Shown in pieces: positions 48,089 through 56,921 of a DNA stretch of 64,000 nt (position 1 is its first letter; every line of letters starts with the position of its first letter). The DNA lies in contig OZ251549.1 of the NCBI GenBank assembly GCA_965243415.1, positions 4,311 through 68,310 of the forward strand. Direction: 5' to 3'. The position numbers and the translations under genes are program-made. Origin of the DNA: Candidatus Marinacidobacterium sp. GTDB taxonomy: Bacteria; Acidobacteriota; Vicinamibacteria; Marinacidobacterales; Marinacidobacteraceae. The notes under the pieces are model-generated. The model searched no databases. It saw only the letters and a program-made list of their open reading frames with translations, and was not told the DNA's origin.

Positions 48089-49672
48089 ATGGCGCCGATG
48101 CGCTTCTTCAACACCGCCGGGCCGGTGGTTCCGGAGGACCACTACCTGGTGCCGCCGCTGGAACGGATGGATCTCGACGGGATCCTCTCCCTGGTGCAGC
48201 AGAAGAAGTACTTCGTTCTCCACGCGCCCCGGCAGACCGGCAAGACGACCGCCCTCCTGGCCGTGCGGGACCGACTGAACGAAGGCGCCGCCGGCAACTT
48301 CCGCTGCGTCTATGCGAACCTGGAGATCGGGCAGGCCGCCCGGGAGGACACCGGGCGCGCGATGCGGGCGATCTTGGCCGAGATCGGGCGGCGTGCTTCC
48401 CTGCTCGGCGACTCGTTCCCGAAATCGGCAAGCGAGGAGTGCCTGGCGAGCGCCGGCCCGGACGGTGCGCTCACCACCCTGCTCACCGACTGGGCCGGCG
48501 CCGACCCGCGTCCGCTGGTGCTGCTGCTGGACGAAGTGGACGCGCTCGTCGGGGACACCCTGGTTTCGGTGCTCCGTCAACTGCGCAGCGGTTACGACAA
48601 GAAGCCGCGGGGCTTCCCCCAGAGCGTGGCGCTCTGCGGACTCCGGGATGTTCGGGACTACCGGATGCATCTGGACCCGGGGAAGCAGGTCGTCGCCGGC
48701 GGCAGCCCGTTCAACATCCTGGCCGAGTCCCTGCGGCTCGGAGACTTCACCGAGACGGAGACGCACGCCCTGCTGGCGCAGCACACCGAGGAGACCGGAC
48801 AGCGCTTCGAACCGGAAGCGGTGGAGGCGGTGTGGGAACAGACGCTCGGCCAGCCCTGGCTGGTGAACGCGCTGGCCTACCAAGCGTGTTTCCGCGACCG
48901 GGCCGGACGCGACCGCCGCCGGGCGATCACGACGGACGCGATCCTGGACGCGCGGGAGGCTCTCATCCTGCGCCGCGAGACCCACCTCGACCAACTCGCC
49001 GACAAACTGCGCGAGGATCGAGTCCGTCGCGTCATCGAACCCTCCCTGATCGGCGCCGCCGGACGAGCCACGCCCCGGGACATAGATTATGCGCGCGACC
49101 TCGGATTGATCGCCCGCGGCACTCCGGTGCGGGTCGCCAACCCGATCTACCGCGAAGTCATTCCGCGGGAACTCACCCGGATCGCACAGGAAGAGTTGGA
49201 CTTCGACCCCGCCCCGTTCATCGCCGCGGACGGCAGCCTGCGGCATTCGCTGCTCCTCGAGGACTTCCAGAGTTACTTCCGGGAGCACTCGGAGCACTGG
49301 ATCGAACGGTTCGTTTACCACGAGGCCGGCAGCCAACTGCTGCTCCACGCGTTCCTGCAGCGCGTGGTGAACGGCGGCGGGCGCGTCGAGCGGGAGTACC
49401 ACCTGGGCCGGATGCGAACGGACCTCCTGCTGGTGTGGCCCCGGGGCGAGCGCCGGGAGCGGTTCGTGATCGAGTGCAAGATGCGCCACGGGAGCCGGGA
49501 GACGACCGAGCGGAAGGGGCTCGAACAGACCGCGGCCTACATGGACCGCTGCGGCGCGAAGGCCGGGCACCTGGTCATCTTCGACCGCAGCGAGAAGCGG
49601 TCGTGGAAGGAGAAGATCTACCGGCGCGAAACGGAAGTCGCCGGCGCTCCGATCACTATCTGGGGGATGTGA
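48089..49672 (+). CDS. AAA-like ATPase with PD-(D/E)XK nuclease, copy 3
   Basis: Same motifs; the 73-bp spacer is the same as the one before copy 2. Confidence 0.85.
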   Translation: MAPMRFFNTAGPVVPEDHYLVPPLERMDLDGILSLVQQKKYFVLHAPRQTGKTTALLAVRDRLNEGAAGNFRCVYANLEIGQAAREDTGRAMRAILAEIGRRASLLGDSFPKSASEECLASAGPDGALTTLLTDWAGADPRPLVLLLDEVDALVGDTLVSVLRQLRSGYDKKPRGFPQSVALCGLRDVRDYRMHLDPGKQVVAGGSPFNILAESLRLGDFTETETHALLAQHTEETGQRFEPEAVEAVWEQTLGQPWLVNALAYQACFRDRAGRDRRRAITTDAILDAREALILRRETHLDQLADKLREDRVRRVIEPSLIGAAGRATPRDIDYARDLGLIARGTPVRVANPIYREVIPRELTRIAQEELDFDPAPFIAADGSLRHSLLLEDFQSYFREHSEHWIERFVYHEAGSQLLLHAFLQRVVNGGGRVEREYHLGRMRTDLLLVWPRGERRERFVIECKMRHGSRETTERKGLEQTAAYMDRCGAKAGHLVIFDRSEKRSWKEKIYRRETEVAGAPITIWGM

Positions 49673-49711
49673 AGAGGGCGCGCCGTTTTCAGGATCGGGG
49701 GGCCTTCGCAG

Positions 49712-51673
49712 CCGAAGTTCCAGCCGGGAAATGGCCTCAAGCCGTTGGGCGCCATCGGTTTCCGCCCGATCCCGGCGTCATTTTGTAGCCAGTAATATGC
49801 TTGACATCGCCCCCATTCCCTGCGAAAATCCCCCGAAATGCCCCGCAGGAAGAGCCCCGGACATGTGGCCAGGATCAAGAGCAAGCAGAACGGGAAGACC
49901 TACACCTCCGTCCTCCTCCGACGCTCCTTCCGCGAAGGCCCGAAGGTCAAGCACCGCACCTTCGGCAACATCACCCACCTCTCGCCCTACCTCATCGAGG
50001 TCATCGCCCGGGCCCTCCGCGGCGAAGACTTGGTCCCCGCCGGCTTGGCCCTGCGCTCCGAACGCTCCCTCCCCCACGGCCACGCCGCCGCCGCCCTCGG
50101 AACGCTGCGCCGGTTGGGCCTCGACCGGACCCTCGCCGCCCGACGCTCCCGGGAACGCGACCTTGCGGTGGCCCTCATCGTCGCCAGCGCCCTCGATCCG
50201 CTCCCCAAACTGGCCACCGCCCGAACCCTGGATCCCCCGACCGCCACCTCCACCCTGGGCTCGCTGCTCGACCTGGGCCGCGTGGACGAGAACGACCTCT
50301 ACGCCGCCCTGGACTGGCTGGGACGGCGCCAGGCCGCCATCGAGACCCGGCTGGCGCGCAAACACCTGAGCGAAGGTTCGATCGTCCTCTACGACGTGAG
50401 CTCCAGCTGGTTCACCGGCCGCCGCTGCCCGCTGGCGGCGCGGGGTTACAGCCGGGACGGCAAGCGCGGGACGCTGCAGGTGGTGTTCGGGGTGCTGTGC
50501 TCCGAAGAAGGGTGCCCGGTGGCGGTGGAGGTGTTCGAGGGGAACACCGCCGATCCGAAGACGCTCTCGGCGCAGGTGGAGAAGGTGCGGGAGCGTTTCG
50601 GCCTGCGGCGGGTGGTGCTGGTGGGGGACCGGGGGATGCTGACCGACGCCCGGATCCGGGAGGACCTGATCGGTTTGGAAGGGCTTTCGTGGATCACCGC
50701 GCTGCGCCGCGCCGACATCCGGGAGTTGTTCCGCAGCGGGACGGTGCAGCCGTCGCTGTTCGAGGAGCGGGATCTGGCGGAAGTGCGGTCGCCGGAGTTC
50801 CCGGGAGAACGACTGGTCGTTTGCCGCAACCCCCGGACGGCGGGCGATCGCCGGCGCCGGCGGGAAGAGTTGTTGGCGGCCACCGAGGCGGGCCTGGAGA
50901 AACTGGTCGAAGCTACCCGGCGGGCCAGTTCGCCGCTGCGCAGCGAAAGGGCCATCATCGAGCGTTCCACCCGCATCCTGGACCGCTACCGGACGCGCAA
51001 GTTCTTCGAGATCGAGACCGGGCGCGGACACTTCGCCTACCGGCGCCGCGAGGAGCGCATTGCTGCCGAAGCGGACCTCGACGGCTTCTATGTGGTGCGC
51101 ACCAATGTGCCCGAAGCGGACCTCGACGGCCCCCGGGCAGTGGCCGCCTACAAGCGGCTGGGCGTGGTGGAAACGGCCTTCCGCTGCTTCAAGACCTTCT
51201 CCCTGCAGGTACGCCCCATCCACCACCGGCGCCCGGACCGGGTGCGGGCGCACTTCTTCCTGCGAATGCTCGCCTACCACCTGGAATGGCACCTTCGCCG
51301 CCGCCTGGCTCCGCTCCTCTTCCAGGAAGAAGACCCGGCCGCCGCCCGGGCCGCCCGTTCCTCGGTGGTGGCGCCCGCGGTCCGTTCGCCCCAGACCCGG
51401 GCCAAGACCGCCGCCCGCAAGACCGAAGACGGGCTGCCCCTGCACTCCTACGCCACGCTGCTTCGGAACCTCGGCGCCCTCAGCCGGTTGACCATGCGCT
51501 TCCCCGGCACCGAGCACACCTTCGATCAGATCACCGATCTCACCCCGGTCCAGAGCCGGGCCTTCGACCTCCTCGGCGTCTCCGCCCTGTCGTAGCCAGA
51601 GCCGGAACTCCTGAAATGCCCCGCACCCCAAGAACTACAACGGTTCTGTGGCCTCACCGCTCTGGAACTTCGG
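49712..51673 (+). mobile_element. IS1634-family insertion sequence (1962 bp)
   Basis: 12-bp IRs CCGAAGTTCCAG (49712-49723) and CTGGAACTTCGG (51662-51673); 6-bp TSD TCGCAG (49706-49711, 51674-51679). Confidence 0.92.
49838..51595 (+). CDS. IS1634-family DDE transposase
   Basis: LLRRSFREGPKVKHRT, LYDVSSSW, GYSRDGK, EGNTAD, VGDRGM, YKRLGVVETAFR. Confidence 0.92.
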   Translation: MPRRKSPGHVARIKSKQNGKTYTSVLLRRSFREGPKVKHRTFGNITHLSPYLIEVIARALRGEDLVPAGLALRSERSLPHGHAAAALGTLRRLGLDRTLAARRSRERDLAVALIVASALDPLPKLATARTLDPPTATSTLGSLLDLGRVDENDLYAALDWLGRRQAAIETRLARKHLSEGSIVLYDVSSSWFTGRRCPLAARGYSRDGKRGTLQVVFGVLCSEEGCPVAVEVFEGNTADPKTLSAQVEKVRERFGLRRVVLVGDRGMLTDARIREDLIGLEGLSWITALRRADIRELFRSGTVQPSLFEERDLAEVRSPEFPGERLVVCRNPRTAGDRRRRREELLAATEAGLEKLVEATRRASSPLRSERAIIERSTRILDRYRTRKFFEIETGRGHFAYRRREERIAAEADLDGFYVVRTNVPEADLDGPRAVAAYKRLGVVETAFRCFKTFSLQVRPIHHRRPDRVRAHFFLRMLAYHLEWHLRRRLAPLLFQEEDPAAARAARSSVVAPAVRSPQTRAKTAARKTEDGLPLHSYATLLRNLGALSRLTMRFPGTEHTFDQITDLTPVQSRAFDLLGVSALS

Positions 51674-51814
51674 TCGCAGGGCGCGAGACGCTCTCCCGGT
51701 CCTGCCCATCTCCCGGCCGGCGGAGCACGGTTCCGGCGCGGAGGAAACCGGGCGCCGGGCCGCAGACACCGCGCCCCTCGCCGCCCCGGGGAACCAGCGC
51801 CCCGCGGCGCGGGG

Positions 51815-53959
51815 TTACCGGCGGGTGGAACTGCCGAGGGAGGGCCAGAGGGAGGCGATGAAGCGGTCGCGGCGGACGGGGATGCGGACGGCGCCGGTCA
51901 TGCCGTCGTAGAGCCCCTGGCCGTCGCCGAAGGCCTCCGCCGTCTCCTCCGGCACCCGCGCATACACCAGCGCCACCGAACCGGTTCCCACCTCCTCCGC
52001 GAAACCCCGGCCGAGGATCGCCTCCGCTTCGGCGGCGTCCACCACTTCCGGGCTGACGGCGCTGGCGATCAGGTGGAGGCGGTCGCCGGGGAACTGGGCC
52101 AACTCGGCCACCACCGGCAGCCCCTCGCGCAGCAGCGGGCGGTAGTTGCCCGGCACCTCGGCCACCAGTTCGAACCCGGCGCCCGGCGTCCCCACCGTGG
52201 CCACGGTCTGCCCCGGGGTCACCGCGGTTCCCACGCGGACGCGCACATCGGTCAGGATGCCGCTCGTCGGGGACCGCAGCGCCCGTTCCCGGAGGGCGGA
52301 ACGCGCTTCCCGGCTCCCGGCCCGGAGCGACGGCAGCGCGGAGCCCAGCGTGGGGTCGTCGGGGAAGCGGAGCAGACTCACCAACTGGGCTTCGTATTCC
52401 TGTTCCAGGCGTTCGGCCAGCGCCAGTTCGTCGGCGTCGTAGAGCGTTCCCACGACGGTTCCCGGGCTCACCGCGGCGCCCGGGGAGAGGCGCACTTCGG
52501 CCACCGTTCCCGGGGCGTTCGCGACCACCGGGACCTGCCCCCGGCTGCGCACCAGCGCGGCGCCTTCGGCGTATTCGGTGCTGCGGCCGAAGAACAGGAA
52601 GGCGAAGAAGCCGACCACCAGCGCGGCGAGGCCGCCGACGATCCAGCCGCCCCAGCGCGCCGACACATTCAGGATGGAACTGGTGCTCTCCGGGCGGCGG
52701 TGTTCGGCCAGCGCTTCGGGGCGGAAGATGGACTGCTTGCCGATCTCCGGGCGGCGCACTTCGCGGAGTCCCGCGAACGCCGGGGCGAACTCGCTGGCGA
52801 CCAGGCGCGCTTCCGCCGGGGCTTCGGGCGCGAAGGAACCGCCGGGTTCGTCGGGATGGCCGGCGAGCACGCCGAAGACGCTGCCGGAGTGGTCGCGGAC
52901 CGGAAGGGCGAAGAGCGCCGACCCGGCGCCGGGGGCCGCGTCGAGGTCGGGGTCGAAGAAGACGCTGCGCTCGGGGCGGTCTTCGCGGAGGGAAACGCCG
53001 GTGCGGGCGACGAAGGAGATCGCGCCCACCGCGGCGCTCTCGACGGAATGCCCTTCCTGGGTCGGCCGCGAGCCGACGAGCGATTCCGCCCATTCGTCGT
53101 AGGCATACAGGTTTGCCGTCACCCCCGGGAGGCGCTCCTCGACCCGGACCTCCAGGTCGCGGAGCGTCCGCTGCACCGAACGCCGCTGGGTGCGGCTGTC
53201 CGAGTCGTACCAGGCCCATTCCGGCCCCTCCGCTCCGTCTCCGTCCGCGCCGCCGAAGAGGAGGCGCCAGGCGCGGTGGAAAGCGGCGCACTCCAGCGCC
53301 GAGTGGAGCAGCGCGGCCAGTTCCGCCGGACGCGGCCAACCGGAGCAGGCGTAGTGGACCGCGCCGGAACCGGCGAGGTCGCCGCGCCAGCCGGTGGTGG
53401 CTCCGGACCGGGCGCAGAGCACCGCGCTCAGGCCCGGGTGGCGGTCGAGGAGCGCCCGGACCGGGGCCTCGTCGGGGTCGTGCGGCGGGCGGCAGCCGAG
53501 CAGCAGCGCCCCGAGAGCTTCCGACCCGGGCGCCTCGGCGACGGAGCGGACTTCGACCCCGGCGAGCGCCGGATTCGAGCGGAGACCGGGCAGCGGCGCT
53601 TCGTCGTCCACGAAGAGGCGCACCGGCGGCATCGCGTCCACCGCCCAGCGGCTCGTCGGACCCGCGTCGCCGAACGGAGTGAGAGCCGCCATCCGCACGG
53701 CCTCGAAGGAAGCGCCGCGCGCCGGGCCCGGGCGGAGGTCGGCCCCCCGAATCCAGCCGTCGTCCGCCGCCGCGCCCCGGGGCCGCACGGCGATCTCCCC
53801 TCCCTCGGCGGAGAGATCCCGCCCGGCGATGGCGTCGGCCTCCCGCAGGCAGAGCCACACCCGCCGGGCGCCGACCGCGTACAGCAGCGCCGGGACCGTC
53901 CGCCCGCCGAGGCGGAACTCCGCCGGCGCCGCCACCCGGCGCAGACCGGGACTTCTCAC
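51815..53959 (-). CDS. HlyD-family secretion adaptor with long N-terminal GAF-like (and possibly REC/PilZ-like) extension
   Basis: GTG at 53959 overlaps upstream stop (GTGA); IFRPEAL + TM helix + lipoyl-like PGTVAEV..LRSPTSG; upstream LPVRDHSGSVFGVL is GAF-like. Confidence 0.7.
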   Translation of the reverse strand: MRSPGLRRVAAPAEFRLGGRTVPALLYAVGARRVWLCLREADAIAGRDLSAEGGEIAVRPRGAAADDGWIRGADLRPGPARGASFEAVRMAALTPFGDAGPTSRWAVDAMPPVRLFVDDEAPLPGLRSNPALAGVEVRSVAEAPGSEALGALLLGCRPPHDPDEAPVRALLDRHPGLSAVLCARSGATTGWRGDLAGSGAVHYACSGWPRPAELAALLHSALECAAFHRAWRLLFGGADGDGAEGPEWAWYDSDSRTQRRSVQRTLRDLEVRVEERLPGVTANLYAYDEWAESLVGSRPTQEGHSVESAAVGAISFVARTGVSLREDRPERSVFFDPDLDAAPGAGSALFALPVRDHSGSVFGVLAGHPDEPGGSFAPEAPAEARLVASEFAPAFAGLREVRRPEIGKQSIFRPEALAEHRRPESTSSILNVSARWGGWIVGGLAALVVGFFAFLFFGRSTEYAEGAALVRSRGQVPVVANAPGTVAEVRLSPGAAVSPGTVVGTLYDADELALAERLEQEYEAQLVSLLRFPDDPTLGSALPSLRAGSREARSALRERALRSPTSGILTDVRVRVGTAVTPGQTVATVGTPGAGFELVAEVPGNYRPLLREGLPVVAELAQFPGDRLHLIASAVSPEVVDAAEAEAILGRGFAEEVGTGSVALVYARVPEETAEAFGDGQGLYDGMTGAVRIPVRRDRFIASLWPSLGSSTRR

Positions 53960-54588
53960 CGCGTCACACCCCCCTCCGGCGACGATCCCGCCCCCGGCGG
54001 CGTCTCGTACGCCTCCCGGCAACTCGTCGGATCCGCGTCGCCGGACGCGGTGAGGACCGCCGTCCACACCGCCTCGAAGGAAACCCCGCGCGTCGCGCTC
54101 CGGCGGAAGTCGCCGCCACGAAACCGGCGGTCGTCGTTCACGGCGTCGCCGGGCCGCGCGGCCCTCCCCGCCCCGCCCCTGCCCGCTCCGTCCATACCGG
54201 CCCCGGCGGCTCCCGTTCCGGCGATCCCTGCCTCGGTACTCCCCGTTCCGGCGATCCGGGTATCGCCCGTAGCCACGCCCCGGGCCCGGTCGGCGATCTC
54301 CGCTTCCTCGACGGAAACATCGCGGGCAGCGAGGGCGTCGGTTTCCCGCAGGGAGAGCCGGCCGCGGCGGGCGCCGACGGCACGGAGCAGCGCCGGGACC
54401 GTCCGCCGGCCGAGGCGGAACTCCGCCGGGGACGCCTCGCAGCGCCGATCGGGGCCGCTCCCGCCGCCACGCCCGTCGCCACCGCAACGCCCATCGCCGC
54501 CGCCACGCCCGTCGGGCGGCGCCAGGCCCGCCCCGGACGACGCCGAACCGGCGCGAGAGAGCGGGGTCGGGCCCGATGGCCTCCTCAC
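53956..54588 (-). pseudogene. Degenerate duplicate of the adaptor gene's 5' region
   Basis: PAEFRLGRRTVPALLRAVGARR and GVSFEAV..GDADPTS mirror PAEFRLGGRTVPALLYAVGARR and GASFEAV..GDAGPTS of the next gene. Confidence 0.6.
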
Positions 54589-56918
54589 GGCGCCGCGCCC
54601 GCCTCCGGCGACGAACCTGCCGGCGGGGACGACACCGGCACCGAAACCGACGACGACTCCCCGTCCGACGCCGCGCCCGGGCGGGCCTCGCGGGCCCGCA
54701 CCAACGCCGCGTATTCCCCTTCCAGGGCCAGCAGGTCCTCGTGGCGGCCTTCCTCGGCGATCTCCCCGTCGCGGAGGACGATGATGCGGTCGGCTTCGCG
54801 CACCGTGTTCAGGCGCTGGGCGATCACGATCCGCGTACACGACAGCCGCGACAGCCGCTCCTGGATCTGCGCTTCCAGCCGGGTATCCAGGTGGCTCGTC
54901 GCCTCGTCCAGCAGCAGCACCGGCGGGTTGTTCGCCACCGCCCGGGCCAGCGCCAGCCGCTGCATCTGCCCGCCGGACATCAGGAATCCCCCGTCGTAGA
55001 GCATCGTGTCGTAGCCGAGCGGCAACTTGGCGATCTCCTCGTGGATGCCGGCCAGCCGCGCCGCGTCCATCACCTCGGCCAGGGTCATGTCCGGGTTCCC
55101 CAGCGCGATGTTCTCCCGCACCGAGTCCGCGGCATACCAATGCGTCTGGGTAACCGTACCGATCCGCCGCCGCACTTCCCGCACATCGAGACTGCCCAGG
55201 TCGGTGCCCGAATACAGCACATGCCCTTTCGTCGGCGCGTAGAGCCCGAGCAGCAACTTGGCCACCGTGGACTTGCCGGCGCCGGACCTCCCCACGAACG
55301 CCACGAACTCCCCGGAGGTGATCCGCAGGGAGAGGTCGTTCAGCACATACGGACTGTTGTCGTTGTACCGGAACGAAACCTCCTCCAGCGCGATCTCCGC
55401 CAGGTCGGGCGCCTCCGGGGCCGCGGCCGAAGAAGAAGAAGAAGAAGAAGACACCGCCGCCCGCTCCGGTTCGGTTTCGATGATGTCCTCGATGCGGTCC
55501 ACATAACTCCCGACCAGATAGATCGAGGTGATCGTCCCCACCAGCGACGAGAGCGGCCCCAGGAAGCCGGCGGCGAAGGCGTTCATCGCCAGCATGATTC
55601 CCAGCGACAGGTGCCCGTCGAGCACCCGCTGGGCGCCGACCACCAGCACCAGGATCATCCCGAAACTGCTCAGCGCGCCGTTCACCGCGCCCACCGCCGC
55701 GTTCAGGCGGTTCTGTTCGATCCCCACATTCAACTCGTGGACGAACAGGTCGGTCCACTTGCGCGCCACCTGCCGTTCGGCGCCCATGGACTTCAGCGCT
55801 TCCATCCCGGAGAGCATCCGCACCTGGTAACTGCGGGCGTCGGCCTGGCGCTGGATGGACTTGGTCACCAGGTCGCGCTGGCGCACCCTCGTGATGAAGA
55901 ACACCGCGATGCGCAGGACGCCGAGCAGGACGACCAGACCGGTGAGCACCAGGTCGGTCAGCAGCATCAGGACCAGGTAGGAAAGGACGAACAGCCCGTC
56001 GAGCACCGCCGAGAACGCGGTCGAAGTCAGCGCGTTGCGGATCTGCACATGGCTGTTCATCCGCAGCATCAGGTCGCCCGACGAACGGTTCTGCAGGAAC
56101 GAGAACGGCAACTCCATCAGGTGGTCCACGAAGGACACGGTCAGCCGGGCGTCTATCCGCGACATCACTTCCACCATCAGCCGCGAGCGGACGAAGGTGA
56201 ACAGGGTGGAGAAGGCGGCGACGGTAACCAGCGCCGCCGCGACAGTCAGCAGCAGCCCGTAGTCCCTCCGGGGAACGATGCGGTCCACCAGGAGCGCGGT
56301 GAAGAGCGGCGTCGCCGTTCCCAGCAACTGGATCGTCGCCGAGAGCGCCAGCAGTTGCGGGACATGCCCGGAACGCAGGATCACCCGGGCGTAGTCGCGG
56401 AGCACGCCGCTGCGCCCGCGCTCGGTCTTCCCCGAGGAGAAGGTGTCCGTCGGGCGCAACTCCACCGCCACCCCGGTGAAACTGCGGCTCACTTCCTCCC
56501 AGGGAACCAGCCGGCGCCCGCTGGCCGGGTCCATGACCCGGAGGCCGCGTTTCACCGGCCGGTCGAACACCACGAAGTGGTTGAACCGCCAGTGGAGGAT
56601 CGCCCCCTGCGACAGCCGCGCCAGGTCTTCCACCCGGTCCACCCGGAGGCCCCGGCCGGCGAGGCCGTTGTGCTCGGCGAGATGCAGCAGGTCGGCGGCG
56701 TTCGTCCCGTCGCGCCCGGCCTCCAGGCGGTCGCGCAGCACCCGCACCGGCAGGTCGCGCCCGTGGAGCGCCAGCGCGGCCGCCAGGCAGGCCAGGCCGC
56801 ATTCGTTCGCCGCGTTCTGCTGGATGTAGGGAACGGAGCGCGGCCGGCGGAGCGCGCCCAGTTTCCGCAGGTGCTGGACCGAGTCGGTGACGAACGAGAA
56901 GCGCCAGGGGGCGGGCAC
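54585..56918 (-). CDS. lanT: Peptidase-domain (C39) ABC transporter, LanT/PCAT
   Basis: QQNAANECGLACL, HWRFNHFVV, ABC transmembrane domain, GRSGAGKST, SGGQMQR, LDEATS. Confidence 0.93.
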   Translation of the reverse strand: MPAPWRFSFVTDSVQHLRKLGALRRPRSVPYIQQNAANECGLACLAAALALHGRDLPVRVLRDRLEAGRDGTNAADLLHLAEHNGLAGRGLRVDRVEDLARLSQGAILHWRFNHFVVFDRPVKRGLRVMDPASGRRLVPWEEVSRSFTGVAVELRPTDTFSSGKTERGRSGVLRDYARVILRSGHVPQLLALSATIQLLGTATPLFTALLVDRIVPRRDYGLLLTVAAALVTVAAFSTLFTFVRSRLMVEVMSRIDARLTVSFVDHLMELPFSFLQNRSSGDLMLRMNSHVQIRNALTSTAFSAVLDGLFVLSYLVLMLLTDLVLTGLVVLLGVLRIAVFFITRVRQRDLVTKSIQRQADARSYQVRMLSGMEALKSMGAERQVARKWTDLFVHELNVGIEQNRLNAAVGAVNGALSSFGMILVLVVGAQRVLDGHLSLGIMLAMNAFAAGFLGPLSSLVGTITSIYLVGSYVDRIEDIIETEPERAAVSSSSSSSSAAAPEAPDLAEIALEEVSFRYNDNSPYVLNDLSLRITSGEFVAFVGRSGAGKSTVAKLLLGLYAPTKGHVLYSGTDLGSLDVREVRRRIGTVTQTHWYAADSVRENIALGNPDMTLAEVMDAARLAGIHEEIAKLPLGYDTMLYDGGFLMSGGQMQRLALARAVANNPPVLLLDEATSHLDTRLEAQIQERLSRLSCTRIVIAQRLNTVREADRIIVLRDGEIAEEGRHEDLLALEGEYAALVRAREARPGAASDGESSSVSVPVSSPPAGSSPEAGAAP

Positions 56919-56921
56919 GGC

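Noticed and set aside
44471-49672. Diversity-generating retroelement or shufflon behind the paralog variation
   Set aside because: No reverse transcriptase or invertase in the window; differences are not adenine-specific and all copies are co-oriented
37605-51673. Composite transposon formed by the two IS1634 copies
   Set aside because: IRs differ and each element has its own complete TSD
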